Assembly (NCBI GenBank): GCA_012295275.1
Contig: CM022670.1
Coordinates: forward strand, 27,838,001 to 27,902,000
Direction: 5' to 3'
Origin: Chrysomallon squamiferum
Taxonomy: Eukaryota; Animalia; Mollusca
DNA: 64,000 nucleotides
The notes under the pieces were generated by a model. That model did not search any database, had not been told where the DNA came from, and worked only from the letters and a program-made list of their open reading frames with translations. Position numbers and translations under genes: made by a program. Of this stretch, positions 16,613-28,700 are shown in pieces; position 1 is the stretch's first letter; the number at the start of each line of letters is the position of its first letter.

Positions 16613-16882
16613 TTCGTCGTGTACCACCTCATTTTTCAATCCCACCGGAGGATACTAAGATCATGCCAAATGCTGATGTGAACCTCACCTGCGTAGCCGT
16701 TGGATCCCCAATGCCATATGTTAAGTGGCGGGAAGGAGCACGAGAACTTACCAATGAAGATGAAATCCCGATCGGTAGAAACATTTTACAGTTAAAAGAA
16801 GTGAAAGAGTCTAAGAATTACACATGTATTGCATCTTCAGACCTGGGCAACATTGAGGCAACAGCATCTGTCATTGTAGAAG
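16613..16882 (+). CDS. Lar: LAR-family RPTP exon: Ig domain 3
   Basis: ttttag|TTCGTCGT...GAAG|gtaagt; 270 nt, phase 1-1; [12 protein letters not shown]...[16 protein letters not shown]...[15 protein letters not shown] matches the LAR/PTPRD Ig3 signature. Confidence 0.96.
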
Positions 16883-17099
16883 GTAAGTCATTTTTGTTTA
16901 ATTCCCTGTTTTTATTTTCATTTGCTGTGATACATTTATTAATGATGTTTAATTAAAAACTGCTGTCATTTTTATCAAGCAAAGCATGTTTGTTGGTGAA
17001 TTTATTTATTCATAATTTGATATTTATTTTGGTTCTTTTAATTTTCCTAACAACCACAAAAAACTATTGTTTCTCAAACTGGAATTTTTGCATCTTATT

Positions 17100-17137
<38 letters not shown>

Positions 17138-18056
17138 ATATTAAAAAGAAAACAAATTGAAATGTGTTGCATGTATATAACATGGAAATAAATTTAAAAA
17201 AATGATAAAACAGAATAAACTAAATAATATTTCAAATGTTATTAAATTATTACGTAAAACTTAACCATGTTTGAAAAAACACACCAAAACAGAAGATAGC
17301 TCACTGAGCTACTTTACATACACATCATTCTCCTTTATTATCAGATAATTACAGAATCTGTCATCATTATTTAATAATAACCATTTCTACAAAGGAAACA
17401 CTTAGTGCTGTCAGTTTATGAAAATGAGAGAAAAATCACCAGCGAACATCCTAACACATGTAGTCTATTCATATCATTGACTTGTCATTAGTAATTGCTT
17501 GATAATATGATAACAGCTTCATCTACATATTACTATTACTAAGTATTTATACACTACTAATGGTTTCAGAATTACCTTGTTTTTAACTCATAGTATTGAT
17601 TGTTATTTTTCACTTGCATTACAAAACAACAACACTACTGTAAACTATTGTGTTTAGCTCCTTTTTGTGGAGAGAGAGAGAAAGAAGATCAGTTTGTTAA
17701 AATATTTACAGCAGTATTTTGTTGTGTATTTTTTTTTTTTTTTAATTACCATATTATACCTTTTAATGTTTTGTTGACAAAACTGCATGGTTGTCGTCAA
17801 GTTAAATCTGTGTGCATAATCCATCAAGTAGCTTTTATTGATTGACATTCCATTTAGCCTCAAGTAATGCATGCCGATATATCCCGTTATTACTTGGCCA
17901 TCATTTATATTCTGTTTCCCTCATTTATCCATCCATTTGGTTATTGCCCTAATGTCATTTGTTATTTTGTTTGGGGCAGAGGGTGATCTTTTGTCTGAAT
18001 TACCTGCTTGCTTCTTTTTCATTTTGTTTGGCCATGATAAGTTCAGCAGCAGTATC

Positions 18057-18150
18057 GTTGCCTTGGCAACAGGATGAGACAAGTGCCTCTTGCTACAGTC
18101 AGCTCAGTCAGCCAATCAGGCGGCTTGTTGCACCAACCATAGATCACATG
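18057..18150 (+). promoter_or_regulatory. Candidate internal promoter: RFX X-box, NF-Y CCAAT box and E-box
   Basis: GTTGCCTTGGCAAC (18057-18070), AGCCAATCAG (18110-18119) and TCACATG (18144-18150) clustered in a locally GC/CpG-richer stretch. Confidence 0.55.
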
Positions 18151-18740
18151 CCAGTTCTCTGTCTCTTTGAGAAAGAGAGCACTGCACAGTGTCTCAGATA
18201 CTCATAAACTTACTACAAGCAACTTGCTTCCCTCTTGTTCCAAACTCTGGCACTGAACTTTGGATTGGATTAGTATCACATTTTTATTTGTTCTAAGCAC
18301 ATTCTTAAAACTGGTGTAACAAGTTTATATACCTTATCACAGTAGGAAGTTCTATTTAGTGTTAATTTTTTTTTCACTGGAAATTCACAGGAAAACGTAT
18401 TCAGAAGTTGCTAAAAGTTTTATTGCGTGTTTTGATTTTCTTATCTGAGTGCTGTTGTTAACTTGGAAGTTAACTCAAAGCCTTTAACAGGGTCAAAAGC
18501 CCACAGGCACCAACGTCCTGGATATATATGTTGAGCACTTGTTGCTTATATTTACTGCTATAATTATGACAGGATATCTGCTTTAACTGACTTCTGAAAA
18601 GCACAATTTTTCGCTATCACTGTTTAGTGCTATATATGCACACTATATAGTAGTTGTTCAATTTTCTTGACTCAGGGAACTGAGTCTCACTCTCTTTGTC
18701 ACTCTGTGCAATGCAGTAGTAGGCTTCTGGCCAGCCGTGA

Positions 18741-18876
18741 ATGAAAGTCACAATCATGGCTAACTTTTGGCACCACTATCGCTCACTTGATTTCAGCGCT
18801 GTTAATACACACTTGAAGTGGATTTTAATGTACTGCTGCTTACTCAGTTGTCTCCCTTATTCATGCTCTACTACAG
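18741..18876 (+). CDS. Candidate alternative N-terminus (signal-peptide-like), contiguous and in frame with the FN3-1 exon
   Basis: ATGs at 18741 and 18756 (atcATGG, good Kozak context); MANFWHHYRSLDFSAVNTHLKWILMYCCLLSCLPYSCSTTA-LPSPP with no stop. Confidence 0.55.
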
Positions 18877-19164
18877 CGTTGCCGAGTCCACCTACAGGTT
18901 TGAGGGTCTCGGAAGTTACTGCCTCGTCTGTCAAACTATCCTGGGAATCATCGTCAACCACGCCTGATACTTCATATATTGTGCAGTACAAATCGAAAAA
19001 CTCACCTGGAGCTCACTATAAAGAGAAAACCAATATTGGAAGTACCACATACACAGTCAGGCATCTGGCTGCCTTCACGAATTATGAATTTCGAATTGTT
19101 ACTGTGACAAAAGTTGGGCGTGGACCCCCGAGCAATCCCATTGCGGTCAAAACAGGAGAACTAG
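18877..19164 (+). CDS. Lar: LAR-family RPTP exon: FN3-1
   Basis: ctacag|CGTTG...CTAG|gtcagt; 288 nt, phase 1-1; ALPSPPTGLRVSEVTASSVKLSW...YEFRIVTVTKVGRGPPS...KTGEL. Confidence 0.95.
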
Positions 19165-22100
19165 GTCAGTGTTAAAATAACCCCATGTTGTATGCCCGCT
19201 GCTTTTTTTCCCTAAGTTTTAAATTCTGATTTTAGTTGCACAATTTAGTTTTACTTTCATTTATTATCATTATTATTATTATTTTTTTTTTTTTATTTCT
19301 AGTATAATTTTTGGTTTCTGCATGCTAAAATACCTCACCCTGTTTTCTATTGTTTTGGTGCAGGGCCCAATGTTGTTGTTGTTTTTGTTGTTGTCCACTG
19401 TAAAAATATCTGTATTTTTGGTGTGAGACACTTAGATTTATATATATGTATATAATCACTATTGTTCTTATTATTTTACAATTCTGGACATTTTGTTAAG
19501 TAAAAGCACAGTTTTGATTTTTAATATAAACTACTCTGTACTTTATTACCATTAATTTTAATTTTTAAGAAATTTTTAAGTCTTATATTAATTTTCAGAA
19601 CTAAAAATACATGGATTCATTCTAATAATACTTAATCACTTTTCTATTTTATTAAACTTTTTAAAAAGTTTGGTAAAAAAATAAAATAAAAACCCAGAAG
19701 CAAACCCCCCTATACATTTAAATCTATTTTTGTAAATATATATATTTTTAGAAGTTTTCATTATTATAAATTTGAAGTATGTTATATAAAATATTATATT
19801 TCAAATTAAATTATTGTTAATGGTTTATCTAAATACTTATCTGTCAAATATCTAAAAATCTGTTAACATTTTAAAAATATTCAGTTTCATAAAGTAATTA
19901 CAAAATAGTTTGGAATGTTCATTTTTGTTACAACGGTCTGAATTGTGCATGTTTTTGCATGAATTTTAATAGACTCGTAATTTGATATTTTTATTACTTT
20001 TAAATTATATGTGTGACATCATATTTTTACAATTGTATGTGTTTTCTTTATCTTAATATATTTTACAGTAAATGTATCAATAATTTTAAATAATGTATTA
20101 TTGAAATTGTTGACAATCAGATTGGTCCTAAAAATGTATGAATTGTTTAGAAAATAATAATAATAATAATAATTAAAAAACATTTATTTAATTTTTATCA
20201 GGAAACAAATGTTTCTTTTATTTTCTTTTTTTATATAAAGTTGAAAAACTTTATCCTTTTTTTCCTTTACTATCAAAAAAAAAAAAAAAAAAAAATTGAT
20301 AAGCCAACAAAGTTGAAAGAAAATAACTGCAGTTTATATCTAGAACTATTATCTATCTACTCTGCAGGCATTTACACTTAAAAACAAATTTAACTACAAG
20401 TAATAAAAAACACAAGATCTTGCCAGATTAATACTATAATTGATCATCACCTAGAGTTTTGATGAAAACCTGACTTTATGTTCCTTCAGCAGGGGACATT
20501 TTTTTTATAAAACATGGCTAAAACTATCCTTGTGATGTTTAAAGTAGGACACATTTTTTTCCCAAGAATTTTAACATGAAACCAGATGTTTTGATTCTGT
20601 TTTGAGTGTCCTAAGGGTTACAGGTTTCAGAAATTTAAGTTTTAAGATGAGTTAGGTTTGACCATAAAAGAAAACCCCTAAAAAACATAGATGGAAATAT
20701 ATTTTGGGATCTGTGTACTATTTTGGTGGATACATTTTTTTATAATAGATAAATAAGTCTTCATTACTCAGATATTCAGATTAAATTATTGTATTTCTAT
20801 ACAAGTGGCCTACTGTTAATAGTTATTTGACACTACAAACCTAAAGAAGCAAATTACTTTGTGATTTTTGTCTGGTTTTAAGGTTTAATCATCCATCCAT
20901 CTATTCATTCTTGTCATTTAGCTATATAATTTTATATCAGAAAGCTAGACTTGTAAATGACAAATAAGAGATAGGTATTATTTTAAATGTAATGACTGTT
21001 CACATAATAATTCTAGTTTATTGGCCATGACATTAGCAAACACCATTTTTCTTCAGAAAGGAATTTTTTTTCTAATATTTATAGTGAGGCTGGTTATTAG
21101 AGATTATAGGTCTTTTTAAAGAAACATTTACTATGTTTTGTTACAGTAATTACTGAGATGTGATAAATACATGCTTGTTTGTAGAAAAGTGAGGTTTTTA
21201 TCATGAAAAGGACAAGGTTTAATGAAAGGTCAGTGATGGATCAATAACAGCAATGAAAGAACAATTACACAGTGTACAACAGTTGCGTTGTGCTGTCTTA
21301 GATTATAATCTGCAGTAAGTCTTTAGGAAATGATGTGTTATCTGCAGACATCTTGCTGTCAGGTGCCAGACATTTGTAAGTGTCATCTTTTCATCACAGA
21401 TATCAGAAATATTTCACACTTGCAGATGAAGATCACAATGAAATATGTGCGCAGTTTAGACATTTATTAAACATCTTTAAGGATGTATTGTTGTACAATG
21501 ATTGGATATATTTATTATTCTTCTGTTAAAAACCAGTCATGAGGTATATAATTCAATATAATTATGACAATGAAAATGATGATGATAATGATGATGATGA
21601 TAAAACAACACTAAATGAAATATCTGAAGAACAAATTTTAATTTAACCAACTGAATGAATCCATTGTTTTTAATTTTTTATCAAGTATAGAAGTAAATTA
21701 TTATTATTATATTTTTTATTTTAATTCTTTTTCCTTTTCTTTTTGGGAGTAAGAAATAGAGAAAGAAGGTTTAAAAAAAATGAAAAAGAAATGAGCAGTA
21801 ACAAAGAAATGGTAACTCAACCACAGTTGATTAAATTACATTAATTGTGAACATTCATGAGATAAAGTTACAGAATTTGCAATTACTTCACAGCACAACT
21901 GTTTTATTACTCGGCTACCAGACAACCTTTACAACACTGTTAACTAATTAATTAGCAGATCCTGGTTGCTGATAAGAGATTGTAATCTCAAACATTAAAA
22001 TATCTTTGTACCTGCAACAACATATCTTCAAATTAACTGATTTAGCAATAGTTGTCTGTCTACAACTTTAGAAGTATCTATCAACAAAGTTTATAGAATT

Positions 22101-25100
22101 ATTTAAAATTTCTTTAAACAAGATAAAGAAAACAAAAAGTAAGTGAAAAAAGGAAAGTCCAATACAAAGTAATTGCTCTAAAGTCCAGAATGTTTTGGAC
22201 AAATGAGAACATTAATGGCACCAGTGCCTAAATTGCCTTTCATTGTGGCAGAGAAAATTGAAAACAGCTGAAGTCTGTCTGTACCATGTGTATTTGTACA
22301 CTGGCTAACATAGACAAATGAACAACTCAGAGATTACAGGAAATTTAAAACTTGCCTAGGTAAGTCAAACAGCAGTATGTTAAAAGGACATAGTGCATTT
22401 CACAGTGAATATATGATAAACCAGTAATTTTTGCAGAGGTTGAAGGGAGGTGAAAAAAAGAGAGAAAAAAAAAAAAAGATTTGTAGGATTGTAAGTAACT
22501 GTTTTCATTTACTACAAATGAAAGTGTTAGATTGTGAATATTTGATAGTATTACTTGAATTTTGTTTTGTTTGATTTTGATTCATCATCTGTGGTCTGGT
22601 GTGATGAAGAAAGATTTTCTGTGACTGTTTAGCACTAAAACTGGTAATGAGAACAGAGGTGGGTGGAAAAAAACATCAAGTGTTGAATCCTGTTCCAGGT
22701 CAACTTCTTTGTTGTTGTAAATGTTTTAAATTATTAACTCAAATCAAATGTGTACCTAGGAAGTACACTAATTCAGTCCATAGCATATTCTAAACAGAAT
22801 CTATATTCTAACATCATAAGAAGCAGTATCAAATTTCAAACTATTTCCTTAAAATCTTCACTTGCCAAATTGAATACATGTGTGTATTTTACATGTTTGT
22901 GTGTGATACTTAAATCCCACCCTTTCTGTAAAAATATACACACATCTCCTTGAAAAATCTGGAAATAACTGACAAGTCATATTCGTCATGTTTTGGTTTG
23001 CCAATTTTCTGTCAACTACATTTAACTTTTTTTTTTTAATTTTTAAATTTCTTTTCTTTTTTCTTTTTCCTTTCTCTTTCAAGTTTCTCCCTTCAAACTT
23101 TCTTTCTTTCTGTCTAATCTTGGCAAGCTGTTACTTGAAATTAAAATGTTGGCAGATCTTTCAGTTGTAGAGATACAGATTTATTACAGCTTGACATTTA
23201 AATATTAATTTTTGTACTGACATCTAAGATGCTTTTGGAATGGAAATACGGTCAGGTTTGAATATTGGCTTTGAGTCAAAAAGATGCAAGATGTGTATCT
23301 TCTATTTTTATTATTATTGTTTTCTTTTTTTCAAGTGATAAAACTAGTTTTTCCTTGTTTTCTGATGTGGTTTTAGGAATATAAAATGTTGGGTTTTTTT
23401 TTATTTTATTATATTTTTTTATATTATATATCATGAAGCTAGTTGCAAATGAGTGTAGGTTAGTTAACTGAGGCAGCACTTTTATATTCATTTTATTATC
23501 ACATTAATCTGTTACACATCTGTTAATGAACAATATAGTATATATCATGTTAGCAATCATCTTTTTTTCCAAAATCTTAAGAATGGCATAAAAGAAGAGA
23601 ACAGAAAGTAGAATTAACAAATATCAGTGGTTTTGATATTATATTATTTGTTTTCAAATTGGCTTTCTTTCTGTTTTTTTCTCTTTTTTCTAAAATGATA
23701 TACAGTTCATATACATTTTTTTTAGAACTATAGATTATCTTTTTAAAATACTGAGTGTCTAATTAAACCAGAATTGTTTTTGTATGTCTACCAAAGGATG
23801 GCACAAAAGAATATTGAACAGGCAAATGTTGCCAATATAGAATTTACACCTACATAATGATCAATAAATTACAGAAGCAAAGCTTAATTGTCAGCTTTAT
23901 CATTTTATCAAAGTCAGCATAGGAAGTAACAGAATGGAAAATGGATATAATATTATTTAAATGTACTTTCACATAAGAACATCTAATTTATTGTGTTTGT
24001 AACAGATAAAAAAAGTAAAAAATAAAGAAATGACAGAAAAGCTTTTTGCAAACACATGGTGACTCCATCACAAATAAATTGTTGTACACAAAGGTTGTAT
24101 ATAAGATAACCAGATTTTGTTTTGTGTGTAAATGATCAGTTTCTCTATTATAAATGACTGGTGAATTTTTTCAGTACCAGCCATCATCACATTTTCTGCT
24201 TCGTATATCAGTGTTTAGACACCAGGTAGAAAGGATTGTTTATATATCTTTTGGTTATTTCTGGATTGGAAATAACATACTGTTTATTCATACAGTCATG
24301 AAATGTATTTATTATGTTTCTAACAGACTCTAGTATACGTTCAAATAGGTTTTGTGTTCAGCCGATTTCTTCTCTCAACTTTTGTTTGGAACAGAATATA
24401 CTATAAAAAATGACTTCAAAAACCTGTAATTGTTCCTTCTTTTGGAAAACAAATAAATGAAATAACTGATATATGTGTGTATGTATTTTCAGTTTTCTTA
24501 TTTAAAAGAAAACAAAACATTTTTTCATTTAGGAAAGTTTAGGTCTTTACAAAATAACTCAATACATAAATAGCTTTTTAGATTTTACTTCTACATTTTT
24601 AAGAAGAAAAATAATTAAAAGAATAATAATAATAAAATAACAATGCAAAATGATTCATAATAAAAAAATATTCTTTAACACATTTAAAACAGTTTTATAT
24701 ATAGATTGACGTGGGCCTGTTGATGAGAAATTAAAATAAGGTTTCTGTGCTGCAGACATGGTTGAAAAGTTCAGATTCACACCATTATCTTGTCTTTAAC
24801 TTGATAAAAAGTTGATGCAAACAGCTTAATGGTAGGTTTGCTTGAGATTTTTTTCATACATTTCTTTGAACATTTTGCTGTCCATTTTCTATTCCTTTCT
24901 TTCTTTTTTCTTCGGTGATTTTTTTTGTTGTAAGTAGTCATTTATTGGTTTTGGATGAACATTTCACTTTAGCTGGAAGATAGCAAAATTTATTTCTTTG
25001 TGTAATGGCGAAAGTCTTCTGTGTGCATTCCTCAGTTTTCTAAAACTATTAAATGATGGTATTGAATCACAGTTCTCTGGCCCATTAGTCCTGCTATGTT

Positions 25101-25520
25101 AAAGATGTGTCTGCATACAAAAATGCTCAGATTTCATTGGCAGATTCCACAGATCAAAAGTTAAATAGAGTATGAAATTATTGTGAGGCCACTGGTATCA
25201 AGCGACAATATTGTATTTCAAAAACACTGAAAATGGATTTGGCTTGATGTTTTCAAGTGATGGCAGATGTGATAAAATAGCACTATGTCAGTCTCATTAG
25301 GAGCAATACTGACAAGCAGCCCAGTGCAAATGTTCTTTTGTTGATGATTCCTTTTAAGTATGGCTGGGCTATCAGAAAATAAATTTTCTTTTACTTTAAT
25401 CTTCTTTTATTTTTATTGCAGTAAAAATAAAAATGTTTTTTTTTAATTTCTTTAGTCTTTAAAATAACTAGTAAAAATCTATGTTTTGTGTTTAGTGAAT
25501 AAGAAGAAAGAAACAAGAAC

Positions 25521-25576
25521 ATGAATGAATGAATGAATGAATGAATGAATGAATGAATGAATGAATGAATGAATGA
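25521..25576. repeat. (ATGA)n microsatellite
   Basis: Perfect ATGA run. Confidence 0.95.
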
Positions 25577-25663
25577 GCAAGTAAGTAAGTAAATAAATAA
25601 ATAAAAGTTGTACATAAAATTTAATGACCAGCTTGATTATGTTTGGTCTAAAAAAATACTTGT

Positions 25664-25729
25664 ATGGAAAAATATTTCAGAACAGTACTTTAATGGAAAA
25701 ATATTTCAGAACAGTACTTTAATGGAAAA
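25664..25729. repeat. 29-bp tandem duplication (about 2.3 copies)
   Basis: atggaaaaatatttcagaacagtacttta twice, then atggaaaa. Confidence 0.92.
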
Positions 25730-28700
25730 GTTCTTTAGAATTTTCTTTTTTAATTTTCTTCTTTATCTGTCTGGATCTAATAGTGAAGGGAATTCAAAGT
25801 CTGCTTCTTATGGGTTATCATCACACATGGCTTGTTAAATCTAGTTTTGCCATATCAGACTGGAGCATCTTCAGAAGGGTTTATCAAAGGCTTGACCCTC
25901 TTTATGGCTTTCTGGAGTATCTGTACTGGCAACAAAGACCACACATAGGAGTTTTATAGCCATACATTTTGGCAGCAGATAGCTCATTCTCTTCTTGTTG
26001 AAGTAAATGATGATGTAGCTTGACTACTTGTAATTATCTACTAACCTGCATATTGTACTTAATATGCATTGTAGTCAGTTCTTATCAACGAGTAAATTCA
26101 TAATGAAATAAAGCAGCAGTTTTGTAATAATGCGCAATATATTGATGTCTGTAGGTCATAAATAACGTCATTGTTTTTGCCATTTTTTTGAATGTGTATA
26201 TAATTTGATCTGTAAATATTGATTAACTTTTCTATTACTGTAGCCATTCATCCTGTAGCATGTTTAACACAGTTATTTAAAACAGTTACCTCATAAATTA
26301 ATAAATGTATATATGTACTGGATATTTTAAAATAATAAAAATAACATTGATAAAAGTTTGAAACAATGGGAATAAGAATTTATACACATATACACACGGC
26401 CTCTGTATCATATATATAATACAGAAATTTTCATAAACATTCTGGTTTTTAATATACTGTCATTTTCATCGATGTATATTTAAACAGATATTTATACGAA
26501 ATTATTTTTAAATTCTAAAATAACTGCTAAAGTAATGTATTTTCTTTCAGATATATTACTTTATCATTTCTGAAACTGCACTTCCCATTTTATAGCTGTG
26601 GTTTGGTAATAATATTTAGATTTGTATACTAAACTTTCAATCCATTTTATATCCAATGTTTAGAGATAAAATATAGATATGTATGCTATACTAACAGATG
26701 ATACAACTCAAGGTGGTGTTATATCACAACTGAAAATGTTCATCCTGGCTTCTGTTTATACATGTCATAAAAGTGCCTGCGATATTTTTCTGTGGATAAA
26801 TATACTTGCAGCTGAAGGAGATAACAATGATGTCTTCATTTTTAAGTGTTTAAGGAATCTTAAGGTGATTAATCTTTCAGTTCCTAAATCCATTTATTTT
26901 CAGTTCCAAAATGCAATTCACCATTCAATGCCTGAATGCATCTGGGAAATGATATTTTGAAGAACAACAGATTTAACTATTTTAAATCATATTTTTGTGC
27001 TGAATATTATTTATATTCCCATAATGAACATATATTAATAAATCATGATCGCTATAACCATCACCATCACTGGTATCATTATCAGCATCATCATGAAATG
27101 TTTACGTTAGTGTATACCATCACATATTACTTTACCTTTCTATTTAGCTGTTTACCAGCATTTGTGGTGTTACTTTTCTAACAGAAACTAATTACCATGT
27201 GCTGCATCTTAGAACAAATGCCTTTTCTACTCCATCATAATCAGTAGGTGATTTACTTTGTTAATTTTTGCTTATTATTTATTTACTCTGCATCTGGAAT
27301 TTCTAACAGCTTACCTTGACATGCACAGCTAAGAGAAAAGTTTCATTTTGTTTTGTTATTTTATGCATACAGTTGGCAGGCTTTTGAAAAATGGTGCCCC
27401 CCTCTAAGTCAAACAAGAAAAACAGAAAATGTTTGTATATTGTTGTAACATACACTAGATGTTAAAGAATTCAAAGAGAATTCATATATGTTATCTTGGC
27501 AATTAATTATCATTGTAGCAGACATTGTTGTTCAACCAAAAAAAAAAAAAAAAAAATAAAGAAAGCATTTGTTTGTTTTCTAATGCCAGATGTTTAAACA
27601 TTGTTTTATAATAATATTTAGTTATTTGCACATAAACAACATTAATAAATGCAGTTGATGTCTTACTTAATAAGGTGCTTCATGAATGTTCATTTTGGCT
27701 TTCTGGATAATGTCACATACACATAGAAAGTAATGAAAGATAACTTAAAAAAACATTTGTAAACAATGATACTTTTAAAGTGAAAATCTTTAAATCTTGT
27801 TATTGTAATTACACCAAAGAATACAAATGTCTCTTTAAAAATCTTTTACCTGAAATTATCCAAACAATAATTCTGTAGGTATCATGATTGTTGTATGTCA
27901 GTATAATATAATCTTTATATTGTAGTGGTTGTAGTGCACAGATAAATAACATTAGCTCATGTGACTTACTCTTTCGATTTTAGTGAGGCCTCGGAGGAAT
28001 ATATATATTTTTAAATAGCTTTTTTAGAATATTTAAGTCTATGAGGAATTGATTTTTGATGCCATGCACAGTAATGTTATCATGTTCTGAAATAATTATT
28101 ACCTTCTGCTGTATCAATTGCTTGTTCTGTCGAAGCACTACTCTGTTAATTTACACCTAATGACAGTAATGCAGTTTTAACACAATTACCCTGACAGAAC
28201 AAACAAGAACTAAACACATACAAATCTGTAATGATGAATGTCACTGGTGTAAATGTATGTGAGTGATTTATGAAACGGGAAGAAAAACCTGTTACAGACA
28301 TTCCTAGTCAAAACACTGGCTCCTGTTAGTGGATGATGACAGCCATTTCTTTGCAGTAAAACGTGGTGGGAAAACCTGAAGGAAAAATGGACAACATTAC
28401 CATCTGTTTGAAATAGGATTCTTCCGAGTGTTCTGAGATGTGAGTGAGGCTGAAAGATGGACAAGTCTAGAGATCAAATGAGCCAAGAGCAACCAAACAT
28501 ATGTCAATGGCTCTTCAAAATCAGACAGTCTGGCTAAATAGTTCATGGAACATTCTGAAGTTCCTTGTTCAGCTGGTGCTCAAATAGGAATCATGACCAG
28601 AAAACTTGTGCCTCTAAAGAAGAGTAAACTCTAGGCCCTAACTGTAGATATTTTACAGTTATCTCATTGCTTTGAACTACATCATTATAATTGTTTGCTA

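Noticed and set aside
28200-28620. Slightly GC-richer block, possible transposon remnant
   Set aside because: No recognisable transposase or RT motif and no terminal repeats
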